Assembly: GCA_043823065.1 (NCBI GenBank)
Contig: JBDRBB010000013.1
Location: 1-59,844, forward strand
Length of the DNA: 59,844 nt
Origin: Pseudomonadota bacterium
GTDB lineage: Bacteria; UBA10199; 2-02-FULL-44-16; DYJF01
Direction of reading: 5' to 3'
Position 1 is the stretch's first letter, and each line of letters begins with the position of its first letter. The notes below the pieces were generated by a model, which searched no databases, was not told the DNA's origin, and saw nothing but the letters and a program-made list of their open reading frames with translations. A program made the translations under genes and the position numbers. Below, piece after piece: positions 1 through 10,656 of this stretch.

Positions 1-1179
1 AATATCCAGGCATTGAATCTCTTTCTGCCAAGCAGGCTCGGCAGTCGGTCGATCATAAATTGGTGCATTGTGCACAACTGGAGAAACAGGCAATTCAACT
101 ACAGTTTCCCCCTTAAATTTAATTCTAACCATACCATCATAAGTAACTTTACCAATCACAGCACAATTCAAATCCCATTTATCAAATATTTTCATTACAT
201 CTTCTTCATAACCCTTGTGGGCTACAAAAAGCATTCTTTCTTGAGATTCAGAAAGCATGATTTCATAAGAAGTCATCTCTTCTGCACGCAAGGGAACTTT
301 TTCTAAATCAACATCCATACCGCTTTGCCCGCGCTGGGCCATCTCAAAAGTGGCGCAGGTTAAACCAGCAGCCCCCATGTCTTGAATGCCTACTACCATA
401 TTGGTGGACATTAATTCTAAGCATGCTTCTAATAATAATTTTTCCGTAAAAGGATCTCCAACCTGAACTGTGGGACGTTTTTCCTCTGATCCTTCGTCAA
501 ATTCATCTGAAGCCATAGTGGCACCATGAATACCATCGCGTCCAGTTTTAGAACCAACATAAATAACTGGGTTATCCTCTCCCTGAGCACTGCCACAATA
601 GATATTGTTAGCATCAACCACACCCAGGGTAAAAGCATTGACCAAGATATTGTCATCAAAACAGGAATTAAAAAAAACTTCGCCGCCCACAGTTGGAATA
701 CCCATAGTATTGCCATAACCACCAATGCCTGCCACTACTCCCTTAACCAAATAAGGCATTCGTGGAGCAGTAATCTTACCAAAACGCAAAGAATTCATAT
801 TAGCAATTGGCCTAGCACCCATGGTAAAAATATCGCGCAATATGCCACCCACACCAGTTGCCGCACCTTGATAGGGCTCAATAAAAGAAGGATGATTGTG
901 CGATTCCATCTTAAAGGCAATTCCAATGCCATCACCAATATCTATGATACCAGCATTTTCACCTGGTCCCTGCAAAACTTGCGGGCCATCTGTTGGTAGA
1001 TGTTTTAGATGAATACGCGAACTCTTATATGAACAGTGCTCAGACCACATAACAGAAAAAATGCCTAATTCAGTAATATTTGGTTCACGGCCCAAAGTAT
1101 CTACGATGCTTTTATATTCTGCCTCAGTTAAACCATGTTCAGCTACGATTTGAGGGGTGATCTTTGTATCTTGCTTCAT
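1..1179 (-). CDS. purL: Phosphoribosylformylglycinamidine synthase subunit PurL (N-terminal part; runs off the window)
   Basis: Manual translation from ATG 1179: [22 protein letters not shown]...[10 protein letters not shown]; absent from the ORF track because truncated; follows purS-purQ. Confidence 0.95.
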   Translation of the reverse strand, partial: MKQDTKITPQIVAEHGLTEAEYKSIVDTLGREPNITELGIFSVMWSEHCSYKSSRIHLKHLPTDGPQVLQGPGENAGIIDIGDGIGIAFKMESHNHPSFIEPYQGAATGVGGILRDIFTMGARPIANMNSLRFGKITAPRMPYLVKGVVAGIGGYGNTMGIPTVGGEVFFNSCFDDNILVNAFTLGVVDANNIYCGSAQGEDNPVIYVGSKTGRDGIHGATMASDEFDEGSEEKRPTVQVGDPFTEKLLLEACLELMSTNMVVGIQDMGAAGLTCATFEMAQRGQSGMDVDLEKVPLRAEEMTSYEIMLSESQERMLFVAHKGYEEDVMKIFDKWDLNCAVIGKVTYDGMVRIKFKGETVVELPVSPVVHNAPIYDRPTAEPAWQKEIQCLDI

Positions 1180-1186
1180 AAAAATC

Positions 1187-1225
1187 CGTTCGTTGTACGT
1201 GGTACGTCGTGCATCGTACTTCGTC
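1187..1225. repeat. Degenerate heptamer tandem repeat
   Basis: cgttgta cgtggta cgtcgtg catcgta cttcgtc between purQ and purL. Confidence 0.7.
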
Positions 1226-1227
1226 AT

Positions 1228-1935
1228 TTAGAGTTTAGGTTTACCAGCATTAAAATGATTAATTATAGAACTAAAGATTTTAATACCCTGTTCATTACCC
1301 AATATCTTTTCCGAGCAGCGCTCAGGATGAGGCATCATACCACAAACGTTGCCCTCCTGATTAATAATTCCGGCAACATTACCAATGGAACCATTAGGGT
1401 TATAAGCGTTGTCAGCATCTCCATCCTCACTGCAATATCTAAAAATAATCTGCTGATTGTCTTCAATTTTTTCAAAGGTTTTTTTGTCCACAAAGAAGTT
1501 GCCTTCCATATGAGCTATGGGGATTTTTAAAATCTCCCCATCATAGCAATTATTGGTAAAAGCAGTTTGCTGATTTTCCACGCGCAGATATACCTGCTTG
1601 CAAATAAATTTTAAGGCATTGTTGGTCATTAAGGTGCCTGGCAAAAGCCTGGCTTCTTGTAAAATTTGAAAACCGTTACAAATACCAATAACCAAACCAC
1701 CATTATCAGCAAATTCACTTACCTGCTTCATGATTGGCGAATTGGCAGCCATGGCGCCGCAACGCAGATAATCCCCATAAGAAAATCCGCCTGGCAAAAC
1801 CAGACAATCTGCGCCATTTAGATCATGGGTTTTATGCCACAAGAAAAAAACTTCGTGACCAAGCTTGTCTGCTAACACAAACCGACAATCATCATCACAA
1901 TTACTTCCTGGAAAAACCACAATACCAAATTTCAT
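1228..1935 (-). CDS. purQ: PurQ glutaminase subunit
   Basis: FPGSNC, PGGFSYGDY, GICNGFQ, MMPHPER motifs. Confidence 0.97.
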   Translation of the reverse strand: MKFGIVVFPGSNCDDDCRFVLADKLGHEVFFLWHKTHDLNGADCLVLPGGFSYGDYLRCGAMAANSPIMKQVSEFADNGGLVIGICNGFQILQEARLLPGTLMTNNALKFICKQVYLRVENQQTAFTNNCYDGEILKIPIAHMEGNFFVDKKTFEKIEDNQQIIFRYCSEDGDADNAYNPNGSIGNVAGIINQEGNVCGMMPHPERCSEKILGNEQGIKIFSSIINHFNAGKPKL

Positions 1936-1944
1936 AATTATTCC

Positions 1945-2187
1945 TTATTGAATTTCAAACCGATAACTTTCAATCACAGTATTTGCCAAAAGTTTTTCAC
2001 AAATTTCTTTCATCTGTGTTTCTGCTTCAGCTGGAGTTAATGCGCTATCCAATTTGACTTCAATATACTTACCAACTCGCACATTATGAATCTTTTTGTG
2101 ACCCATTGCTGCTAAAGTATGATGAACTGCTTCTCCCTGGGGATCATGCACACCTTTTTTCAAGGTTATATACACTTTGGCTAACAT
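1945..2187 (-). CDS. purS: PurS
   Basis: DPQG and LLANTVIE motifs, 80 aa. Confidence 0.96.
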   Translation of the reverse strand: MLAKVYITLKKGVHDPQGEAVHHTLAAMGHKKIHNVRVGKYIEVKLDSALTPAEAETQMKEICEKLLANTVIESYRFEIQ

Positions 2188-2198
2188 AAGTTAAGCTC

Positions 2199-3491
2199 CT
2201 ATTTAAAAACTCGGTTAAAAATTTCATCTACATATTTCAAATGATTTTTTACATCAAATAGTTTCTCAATTTCTGCAGCAGGAAGATGTTTTTGAACTGT
2301 GGCATCAGCTAAAATTATATCTTTGAAATTTATTTTTTCTTGCCAAGCTTTCATGGCTGCTTTTTGCACCACTTGATAAGCATCTTCTCTGATCATACCT
2401 GCTTCAGTTAGTTTTAAAAGCACATCTTGAGAAGTGCATAAACCTAAACTTAATTCAATATTGGCTTGCATATTTTCCGGAAAAACATCCAATCCCTTTA
2501 AGACTCCCATTAAACGCTGTAACATAAAATCAACCAACATGGTACTATCTGGAGCAATGATGCGTTCTGCGCTGGAATGAGAAATATCTCTTTCATGCCA
2601 CAGCGCCACATTTTCCAAACCTACCAATGAATTGGCGCGCACGATTCTGGCCAGACCAGTTAAGTTTTCGCAAAGAATTGGATTTCTTTTATGCGGCATG
2701 GCACTGGAACCTTTTTGTCCCTTACCAAAAGGCTCGGCTGCTTCAAAAACTTCAGTGCGTTGCAGATGTCTAATCTCCACTGCAATTTTTTCTATGGAAG
2801 AAGCAATACCAGCCAGCACAGAGAAAAAGTGGGCATATCTGTCGCGCTGAATAATTTGGCTGGAAACAGGAGCTGGCTTTAGCCCTAATTTTTTACAAAC
2901 ATAGGTTTCAATTTCAGGATTAAGATGGGCAAAGGTTCCTACTGCCCCAGAAATTTTTCCAACAGCTATATCTTCTAAAGCAGCTTGAAACCTGGTTTGA
3001 TGGCGATTAAACTCTTCATACCAAATTGCTAATTTAAGCCCAAACGTAATAGGTTCAGCGTGAACTCCATGGCTGCGCCCCATTTGCAAAGTATCTTTAT
3101 ATTTATAAGCCTGTTTTTTGAGAATTTCTATGATATTTTCCAAATCATTTTTGATTATTTGCCCAGCTAGAACAAGCTGGCAGGCAAAGGTGGTATCTAA
3201 CAAATCTGAAGAAGTTAACCCCTGGTGGATATAGCGAGAATCAGGGCCAACAAATTCAGCCACTGAAGTGAGGAAAGCAATAACATCGTGTTTAACTTCA
3301 GTTTCAATTTCACTTATTCGTTTGAGATCAAAAGCAGCTTTTTCTTTAATAGTGGCTAGGGCTCTTGCGGGAATTTTTCCCTGTTTGGCCCAAGCTTCGC
3401 ATGCCAAAATCTCAATTTTTAGCCATAAATCAAACTTGGCCTTGTCTTCCCAAATATCCCTCATTTCTGGTCTGGAATAGCGGTTTATCAT
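2199..3491 (-). CDS. purB: Adenylosuccinate lyase
   Basis: GSSAMPHKRNP signature. Confidence 0.97.
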   Translation of the reverse strand: MINRYSRPEMRDIWEDKAKFDLWLKIEILACEAWAKQGKIPARALATIKEKAAFDLKRISEIETEVKHDVIAFLTSVAEFVGPDSRYIHQGLTSSDLLDTTFACQLVLAGQIIKNDLENIIEILKKQAYKYKDTLQMGRSHGVHAEPITFGLKLAIWYEEFNRHQTRFQAALEDIAVGKISGAVGTFAHLNPEIETYVCKKLGLKPAPVSSQIIQRDRYAHFFSVLAGIASSIEKIAVEIRHLQRTEVFEAAEPFGKGQKGSSAMPHKRNPILCENLTGLARIVRANSLVGLENVALWHERDISHSSAERIIAPDSTMLVDFMLQRLMGVLKGLDVFPENMQANIELSLGLCTSQDVLLKLTEAGMIREDAYQVVQKAAMKAWQEKINFKDIILADATVQKHLPAAEIEKLFDVKNHLKYVDEIFNRVFK

Positions 3492-3494
3492 GCC

Positions 3495-3520
3495 AAAGCC
3501 CTATAGCCAAATAGGGCTTT
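3495..3520. promoter_or_regulatory. 10-bp inverted repeat overlapping the putative purB promoter
   Basis: aaagccctat-N6-atagggcttt; minus strand TTGCAT-17-TATAGG-8-ATG. Confidence 0.45.
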
Positions 3521-3581
3521 AGATGCAACCTATTTATTGTTCTTGAAAGAAACAAAAAATAGGCTAATATCTAAAAACCTT

Positions 3582-4463
3582 ATGAGACCATTGTCTATAA
3601 TAGCCCTGTTATTTTTTACTATCTTCTTGAGCAGCCCAAATTTGGCCAAGATTGCTTTGGCTAAAACCCAGGTGGAAGATGAATTTGAAGAAGAGACTCT
3701 GCCTGAAGAAGAAATACCAGAAGAAGAACCTTTAGATGATCAAGAACTTCTAGATGAAGAACAACCCTTGCCAGAAGAAGAGCCTCTGGAAGATGAATTT
3801 GTAGATGAAAAAGAAGAGCCAGTTGAACCAGTTATTCCTGGAAGACGCATTCCACCTCCGCCGCCAACTGCAGCTGATACTGCCTCAACTGATGAAGAAA
3901 GAGCAGGTGAGGAGCTGCGCAATATTGTGATTGATGCAATTGTTAGACTTAACTATGTGTTTGATAATTCCCCAGATAGTTTTGTAATTAAATATGCCAT
4001 TCACTTTGAAGGTAAAACTGCCGCCAAAGTAGCTGTGGTAAAAGGCAATGCTTCTATTTCCACTGAAGTCGAAGGTTTTTTAGCCAAGTGGCCAACCGGA
4101 CAGTGCAAACTGAGCGTGACTATTCCTGACACTGCTTTTGGTTTGACCTTTAGCCGTACTTCAGATGAACAAGCTACATTAAATCTCAGATTTACCAATC
4201 CGATTATTGAAACCTGGGAATCTGAATGCAGTTTTAAAGACGCACCAGAGGCAAAATTTAACACCAAGGGTGATCCTGAAAAATGGTTGGCTAAAGCTTT
4301 GCAAAACACCAGCCCACCACTTGCCCAATTAACTGTTCCCTTGGCACGCGATGAATCCAGCACTATGAAATTTGTGATCAACAAGCAAATGCTCAAGGAT
4401 CCACCCTTGGGCACAGCAGAAATTGAAGGCACAGGAGTGGTCACCATTAATTCTGGAAGATAA
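3582..4463 (+). CDS. Hypothetical exported protein with acidic and Pro-rich N-terminal region
   Basis: Signal-like MRPLSIIALLFF, E/D-rich tract, PPPPP, globular C-terminus. Confidence 0.75.
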   Translation: MRPLSIIALLFFTIFLSSPNLAKIALAKTQVEDEFEEETLPEEEIPEEEPLDDQELLDEEQPLPEEEPLEDEFVDEKEEPVEPVIPGRRIPPPPPTAADTASTDEERAGEELRNIVIDAIVRLNYVFDNSPDSFVIKYAIHFEGKTAAKVAVVKGNASISTEVEGFLAKWPTGQCKLSVTIPDTAFGLTFSRTSDEQATLNLRFTNPIIETWESECSFKDAPEAKFNTKGDPEKWLAKALQNTSPPLAQLTVPLARDESSTMKFVINKQMLKDPPLGTAEIEGTGVVTINSGR

Positions 4464-4465
4464 AT

Positions 4466-5302
4466 TTACGTTAACTGAAGCCTGGGAATTATTGCTTCCA
4501 ACAACTTGGTGATTTTAGCTTGGGCTTTGGAAATTTCCTTGAGCACATCTGAGTGTTTCATTTCCCCTCTATGAATATCTGCTGCATGGTTGGTAATGCA
4601 GTTAATGGTAAGCAACTTCTGTCTTAAATATTTGCAGGCAATAACTTCAAAGATGGAAGACATGCCAATGGTATCTGCGCCCAATGCACGGAAGGCCTTA
4701 ATTTCCGCCTTGGTTTCATAGGAAGGACCAGTTACGCCCATATAAACTGCTTCTGGCATATTTAGCCCCTGCTCTTTTGCAACCTCTAAAGCTAACTTAC
4801 GCAAATCCTCATCATAGGCATCGACCATGCTGGTAAACTGATTTTTTTCTCTTTGAATCGCGATGCCAATTAAAGGATTTTTAAACATCATATTGATGTG
4901 ATCTTTAACTAAAACAATGTCGCCAGGTTCATAGGAAGCATTGATTCCGCCAACTGCATTGGTGGTCACTACAGTTTTGATGCCCAAGCGTCCAAATACA
5001 AAATAAGGAAACACCACTGCTTGTGGAGAATGACCTTCATAATAATGATAACGACCTTGCATTACGATCAAAGGAATCTTTTGAAACTTACCTACAATTA
5101 TTTTTCCAGTATGACCTTCTGCCTTAGCTTCAGGAAAATGGGGAATTTCAGAGGAATGAAACTCTTGGCGCTCAGTTAAGGATTCTATAAAAGCATGGGC
5201 GCCGCCTGTGAGAACCAGCAGCAGCTTAGGTTTCAACTTGATTTGCTTTTGGAAATATTTGGCAATTTCTTCTACCTTAGGAAAAAAAGTTTCATATTCC
5301 AT
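4466..5302 (-). CDS. Purine nucleoside phosphorylase (trimeric PNP/XapA type)
   Basis: MQGRYHYYEG, TNAVGG, GPSYET, GMS motifs. Confidence 0.92.
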   Translation of the reverse strand: MEYETFFPKVEEIAKYFQKQIKLKPKLLLVLTGGAHAFIESLTERQEFHSSEIPHFPEAKAEGHTGKIIVGKFQKIPLIVMQGRYHYYEGHSPQAVVFPYFVFGRLGIKTVVTTNAVGGINASYEPGDIVLVKDHINMMFKNPLIGIAIQREKNQFTSMVDAYDEDLRKLALEVAKEQGLNMPEAVYMGVTGPSYETKAEIKAFRALGADTIGMSSIFEVIACKYLRQKLLTINCITNHAADIHRGEMKHSDVLKEISKAQAKITKLLEAIIPRLQLT

Positions 5303-5314
5303 CTTACCTCCAAA

Positions 5315-5956
5315 TTACGAATTTATAATCGCCACACCTGCGCTGGTACCAATTCTTGCTGCTCCTGCTTTAATCATTTTCAGTGCTTCTTCTTTAGTTT
5401 TAATTCCACCACTAGCTTTAATCTTAGCGCGCTCACCAACTGCTTCTTTGATTAATTTAATATCTTCCACAACAGCACCTCTGGTGCCAAAACCTGTGGA
5501 AGTTTTTACATAAGCAGCACCTGCTTCAACAGCAAGACTGGCTGCTTGCTTTATTTCTTCTGGATTTAAATAGCAAGTTTCAATAATTACTTTTACTGGT
5601 TTATCCCCTGCTGCTCTAACCACCTCTCGAATATCTCTAATTACAGCTTCAAAATTGCCGCTCTTAAACCAACCCACAGCCATGACCATGTCTATTTCAT
5701 CAGCACCCTGGCTAGCTGCTTCTTGGGTTTCATAAACTTTGGTGGTAGTAGTATTTGCGCCCAAGGGAAACCCAACTACTGTGGCAACTTTTACTTGAGT
5801 GCCTTTGAGCATTTCTTTGGCACTTCTGACAAAACAAGGATTAACACAAACTGCGGCAAAGCTATATTCCTTGGCTTCTTGGCATAATTTATTGATATCC
5901 TCCAAAGTAGCCTGAGATTTCAATATGGTATGATCAATACAGGAAGCTAAATCCAT
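5315..5956 (-). CDS. deoC: Deoxyribose-phosphate aldolase
   Basis: IDHTIL, VGFPLG, KTSTGF, KASGG, RIGTS. Confidence 0.97.
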   Translation of the reverse strand: MDLASCIDHTILKSQATLEDINKLCQEAKEYSFAAVCVNPCFVRSAKEMLKGTQVKVATVVGFPLGANTTTTKVYETQEAASQGADEIDMVMAVGWFKSGNFEAVIRDIREVVRAAGDKPVKVIIETCYLNPEEIKQAASLAVEAGAAYVKTSTGFGTRGAVVEDIKLIKEAVGERAKIKASGGIKTKEEALKMIKAGAARIGTSAGVAIINS

Positions 5957-6023
5957 ATTCTTTCCTCCTTGATAAGAATAAAAGGTGAATAATTACAATT
6001 AGTTACCACCCAAAGAGCAATCT

Positions 6024-6048
6024 GGATCCTTCGCTATGCTCAGGATTG
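6024..6048. repeat. Half palindromic element (GATCCTTCGC...GCTCAGGAT family)
   Basis: Similar to 7664-7690 and to the reverse of 53696-53721. Confidence 0.6.
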
Positions 6049-6077
6049 CTAAAAAAATGCAAAAAAGCATTTTTTTA

Positions 6078-6106
6078 GCAACTTCAGGTATATGAAGTGC
6101 CGATAA
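6078..6106 (+). promoter_or_regulatory. Sigma28/FliA-like promoter
   Basis: GCAACTT...GCCGATAA; same motif at 15832 and 41692. Confidence 0.6.
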
Positions 6107-6112
6107 CTAAGA

Positions 6113-6193
6113 TAGAAACACAGAATTAAAAAATTTTTCTTACCCCCCCCCTTTTTTTGGGCCCTTTCGCAATAGTGTGAAAGGGTGTTTTTT
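6113..6193 (+). ncRNA. Candidate small RNA with a C9 tract
   Basis: Lies between the sigma28-like promoter and an intrinsic terminator; no ORF. Confidence 0.4.
6161..6193 (+). terminator. Intrinsic terminator
   Basis: gccctttcgca-atag-tgtgaaagggt followed by gtttttt. Confidence 0.7.
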
Positions 6194-6284
6194 ATTGACC
6201 AGTTGGCATCTCTATATTTATAGTGTGTTTTAAATTTTAATTAATAAATTTTGGCCTAAATTGGCCTTGGAGGCAAGAAAAATC

Positions 6285-7260
6285 ATGGAAAAAACTGAAA
6301 TTGTGTCCAACTCGGAATTCCCAATCAATCAAGAGTTATTAAGCCAAGCCACCCAAGTTAAAGAGGAGTGGAAAGTTATCCAAGAACGGATTAAAAAAAA
6401 TTGAAGATCATAAAGAAAAAGTTAGCGATCCAGTTTATGAACGGGTCATGGCCGACTATCAGCAACGTTTAGCTGAAACTATTACCAAGGTTTTAGAAAA
6501 AAAGAAAACAATCGACCGGGAACTGGTAGCTCTTTATGAAACTCAAAAGAAAATTGCAACTCAACTAGAAACTCATCGCCATACCTTGGAAGAAATTAAA
6601 TTTCGCAATATGTTGGGTGAATATGCTGAAGAAGAATATCAAAAAAACGCCAAAGAACAGCAGGATAAGATCAGCAAATTTGAAACTATTCTCTCTTCTG
6701 TAAATACTAACATCAGCCGATACGAAGATCTTTTTAAGGATGATTTGGAACTTTTGGCTTTAGAAGAAAAAAATATGCGGGGACATGAACCTGGAGAAGA
6801 GAGCCAAACAGACCTAGCTTTTGATGAAGAAGATCTCTCTGAATCTGAAAAAGAATTTATCACCGAAATGGAGAGTGAAGATTATTTTACCAGCAAGGAT
6901 GATACTCATCCCAGTGATAAATCAGATATCTTCAATAATCTTGACCGCACAGTAGTTAATGAACCAACGCCCAAGGGAAATTCTCGAATTGTAATCATTA
7001 AAGGCGATGATGCAGGAGCCACTTATCCGCTTAAAGATGTAATAACTTTTGGACGCGCTGATACAAATACTGTGGCACTGAAAGATGCCAAAGTATCACG
7101 TCAACACGCTAAAATTCAGCACAAAGGCGGAGAATATATTTTAATTGATTTGAACAGCTCAAATGGAACATTTGTCAATGGCGAAAAGATTGACGAACAT
7201 GTACTAAGCAATAATGATGAATTTCAAATTGGGGATTCTGTTTTACAATTTCAGTTATAA
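6285..7260 (+). CDS. Coiled-coil + C-terminal FHA domain protein (frameshift in A8 run at 6393-6400)
   Basis: FHA motifs GR, SRQHA, DLNSSNGT; ATG 6285 downstream of GGAGG joins the 6448 frame if one A is removed. Confidence 0.85.
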
Positions 7261-7647
7261 CTATTCTTCAGCGCCAAGCTGACATTCAACAATCTTGCGA
7301 TATAAACCAAAATAGGCATCTTCGTCTTTTAGTTTATTTAAATTCTGATTTGGGCCAGTAGAGACTGGTTCCAATAAATAAATATTCTCATCTGTTTTAT
7401 TCATCTTATAGGAATGCTTTTCCAACATGCTACAAACCGTGAGATAAGTAATGCCATCCACTTTTTCAATAATTACCTGAGGACTGGTTGCCAACAACGA
7501 TTTTCCATTTTTATCTAAAGTAACTTCCACACACTGATTCTGGCTCCGCAAATACCACTCACCCTTCCATTTGGCAGCATGCAACTGGGGAACTAAAGAA
7601 CAAGTAACAAACACAAAGGCAATCAAGGCTAAAAATATTTTTTTCAC
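7261..7647 (-). CDS. Hypothetical secreted protein
   Basis: Signal peptide MKKIFLALIAF...LHA; SD AGGAGG; downstream of bamA. Confidence 0.75.
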   Translation of the reverse strand: MKKIFLALIAFVFVTCSLVPQLHAAKWKGEWYLRSQNQCVEVTLDKNGKSLLATSPQVIIEKVDGITYLTVCSMLEKHSYKMNKTDENIYLLEPVSTGPNQNLNKLKDEDAYFGLYRKIVECQLGAEE

Positions 7648-7663
7648 TTTTCCTCCTTCACTG

Positions 7664-7690
7664 GGATTCTTCGCATACGCTCAGAATGAC
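7664..7690. repeat. Half palindromic element ending in ATGAC
   Basis: ggattcttcgcatacgctcagaatgac. Confidence 0.65.
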
Positions 7691-7697
7691 CACGGTG

Positions 7698-9992
7698 TTA
7701 AAATACATTGCCAATGGCGAAGTTAAACACCACTGATCTTTCGTTGGAACGCCTATCAATTGGAAAACCCCATTCAAAACGCATGGGTCCCATTGGCGAA
7801 TTCCAACGCAGACCAAAACCATAGTCCATTCTTAAATTGGTTACAGAATAGTTTTCCTGTTCTGCAAAAGCATTGCCAGCATCAAAAAAGACTACAGCGC
7901 TAATACCTGCAGGTTCATATAACCAGCATTCCAGTTCGCTGATAAAGAGCAAAAGCTTATCACCGCCATAGACAAACTCGCTTTCTGCCCCAGATGCTGA
8001 ACGAGGTATTCTAATAGTTGGGCCAACTTCTGCAGGATCAAAACCACGCATAGAATACGGGCCACCCAGGAAAAATCTTTCAAACAAGGGAACTGAATCA
8101 TCACCCAAACTCTTGATATAACCAAGCCGGCCGTATTGTTTAAAAACCAATTTCTTTTTATACAACGGCCTGTACCAAATGGCTCTTACATTGGTACGAT
8201 AAAAATCATTATCACCACCAAGCTTTGATCCTGATGCTTCATTAGAGTAGTTTAGATAATAGCCCTCGCGCGGTGTAATACGATTATCTCGTTTATCATA
8301 AGCCATGGTTAAAGTTATAGCTGAGGTTAAACCAGAAGCGTTTTGCCTAAACATTTGCGGCACAGCATAGGAAAAATCTGATATTTTAACATCTTCAAGA
8401 CGGTAGCCTATTTCACCAACCCAATTATCGAAAAAACGGTGACCAAGACTTATATCTCCACCCATAGCCACACGCCTAAAATCTGTATAATGATAGGCGT
8501 TGCGATAAAGCTGACTACCCACAATCCATTCTGTATCCAAAAAATAAGGATCTTTCACCGACAAACTAAACATCTGCCTTTTCTTGGAAAGTTCTGCGGA
8601 AACACCACCAGAAATACCGTAGCCAAAAAAATTATCTTTTTGCACAGATGCGGTTAAGATAAAATGCTCAACTGAACTAAAACCAGCGCCAATATTAAAA
8701 CTCCCAGTAGAACGTTCTTTTACCGTAACATTAAGCACAATAGTATCATCGCGGCTACCGCGCGGCGTGGCAAAATTCACTTCTTCAAAAAATCCGAGCT
8801 GCATAATTTTTTGCCGGCTTTCTCGCAACAAACGTTCATTATAGCGATCATTCTCCTTAACCATAATTTCACGGCGAATAACCTTATCTCTAGTTACAGT
8901 GTTGCCGTAAATATTAATGCGCTCGATTTTTATTCTTTTTCCTTTTTCAATGGCAATATTTATATCTGCGGTAAGGGTTTCATCATTAGGAACTGTAATA
9001 GGTACAATGTTAGCATAGGCATAACCTTCGTCACCGTAGAAGTCCGATAAACGTTGAATATCTTGCTCCAGTTTTAATTGCGAATAGATATCACCTGATT
9101 TGGTTTCCATCATAGCCAGCAACTCTTCTTTGGTGGTGAGTATATCGCCATCAATAGTTAAGTTGCCAATGCGGTATTGCTCGCCTTCACTAATCTGGAA
9201 ACCAATAAAAATATAGCGTTTATCCTTTGTGATAGAAACTATGGCTGGCACTACTTTTACTTTTAAATATCCATGATTCAGATAATGAAAAGTAAGCATC
9301 ATGGCATCTTGCTTCAGCTGCTCTTCGTTAAATTTACCGGAACTGGTGATAAAAGAAAAAACTCCTTTCTTTTTGGTGCGCACCACTCCTCGCAACTTAT
9401 CATCGGAAAAAATTTTATTACCTAAAAAATCAACGCGTCTAACTATGGCGCCTTGATTCTCCTTAATATCAAAAATTAGTTTGGCTTCTCCTTCTCCCAA
9501 AGGCTCAGTGTGATAACTAACCTGAGCTAAATAGTAACCCTTTTTGGCATAGACCTCTCTTATTTGTTCCATGGAAGAAGCCAACTCTTTTTCATTCAAG
9601 GGCGTATATGTTCTTACTTTAATTTTTTCCTGCAAATCATCTTTTTTAATTTTTTTATTACCCTCAAAACCAATTTCCGCAATTACTGGCTTTTCCACAA
9701 AAATAAAAATTATTTTCAGACCATCTTCGAATTTTTCCTTACCTACCTTAATATCTTCAAATTGACCAATACCGTACAATGACTTTATATCCTGTTTGAT
9801 CAGGTGTCGATCGAGATAACTTCCTGGTTTGGTAGAAATACGTGAAGAAATAGTTTCGGCTGGCACACGCACGTTTCCACTATATTCAACTTTACGGATA
9901 AGATTAGACTGGGCAGCCAAAACTAAATTGGTGTTTAGGAGCAAAACGCACAAAACAGAAAGAAAAGACCCCCAGATTAATTTACTGATCAT
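7698..9992 (-). CDS. bamA: Outer membrane protein assembly factor BamA
   Basis: POTRA repeats, MRGF loop, GLRWNSPMGP, C-terminal F. Confidence 0.96.
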   Translation of the reverse strand: MISKLIWGSFLSVLCVLLLNTNLVLAAQSNLIRKVEYSGNVRVPAETISSRISTKPGSYLDRHLIKQDIKSLYGIGQFEDIKVGKEKFEDGLKIIFIFVEKPVIAEIGFEGNKKIKKDDLQEKIKVRTYTPLNEKELASSMEQIREVYAKKGYYLAQVSYHTEPLGEGEAKLIFDIKENQGAIVRRVDFLGNKIFSDDKLRGVVRTKKKGVFSFITSSGKFNEEQLKQDAMMLTFHYLNHGYLKVKVVPAIVSITKDKRYIFIGFQISEGEQYRIGNLTIDGDILTTKEELLAMMETKSGDIYSQLKLEQDIQRLSDFYGDEGYAYANIVPITVPNDETLTADINIAIEKGKRIKIERINIYGNTVTRDKVIRREIMVKENDRYNERLLRESRQKIMQLGFFEEVNFATPRGSRDDTIVLNVTVKERSTGSFNIGAGFSSVEHFILTASVQKDNFFGYGISGGVSAELSKKRQMFSLSVKDPYFLDTEWIVGSQLYRNAYHYTDFRRVAMGGDISLGHRFFDNWVGEIGYRLEDVKISDFSYAVPQMFRQNASGLTSAITLTMAYDKRDNRITPREGYYLNYSNEASGSKLGGDNDFYRTNVRAIWYRPLYKKKLVFKQYGRLGYIKSLGDDSVPLFERFFLGGPYSMRGFDPAEVGPTIRIPRSASGAESEFVYGGDKLLLFISELECWLYEPAGISAVVFFDAGNAFAEQENYSVTNLRMDYGFGLRWNSPMGPMRFEWGFPIDRRSNERSVVFNFAIGNVF

Positions 9993-10653
9993 GTAATTTC
10001 CCATCTTGTAACAACACAGTACGCGGCACTTGTTTTAATAGGTCAGCATTGTGCGAAACAATGATCATAGACATGCCTTTTTCTTGATTCAAACGCAACA
10101 AATAATCTAAAACTTTTTGTCCGGTTTCGCGATCTAAATTTCCAGTTGGCTCATCAGCCAAAATCAACTTAGGATCCATCACTAAGGCCCTGGCTAAAGC
10201 AACCCTTTGTTGTTCTCCTCCAGAAAGCTCGCTTGGCCTATTTTGCAAACGATGATCCATATCAACTTTTTTTAAGGCCAACGCCGCTTTTTCCCTAGCT
10301 TGTTTGTGATTTTGATTGGCAATCAAACAAGGCAACATTACATTTTCCAATGCTGAAAATTCTGGCAATAGATAATAAAATTGAAACACAAAGCCAATTT
10401 TTTTATTTCTAAACTCTGCTAATTGTGGTTCGGGCATTTTTTCCAAATTTTGTCCCTCAAAATGAACCTCACCCTGATTTGCATAATCTAAACCACCTAA
10501 TATATGTAAAAGAGTGGATTTTCCAGAACCAGAAGCGCCAAAAATACCAACCAACTCCCCTGCGGGCATTTGAAAATCAGCGCCCTTAAGTACCTGCACT
10601 GAAGCTGAACCTTCTTTATAATATTTTACAATGTTTTTAGCGGTTAATAACAT
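9982..10653 (-). CDS. lolD: Lipoprotein-releasing ABC ATPase
   Basis: GASGSGKST, LSGGEQQR, DEPTGNLD; context. Confidence 0.92.
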   Translation of the reverse strand: MLLTAKNIVKYYKEGSASVQVLKGADFQMPAGELVGIFGASGSGKSTLLHILGGLDYANQGEVHFEGQNLEKMPEPQLAEFRNKKIGFVFQFYYLLPEFSALENVMLPCLIANQNHKQAREKAALALKKVDMDHRLQNRPSELSGGEQQRVALARALVMDPKLILADEPTGNLDRETGQKVLDYLLRLNQEKGMSMIIVSHNADLLKQVPRTVLLQDGKLHDQ

Positions 10654-10656
10654 TTT

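Noticed and set aside
13..1530. Plus-strand ORFs and the 429-725 minus ORF
   Set aside because: Antisense or off-frame shadows of purL/purQ; the same applies to most short overlapping ORFs in the track
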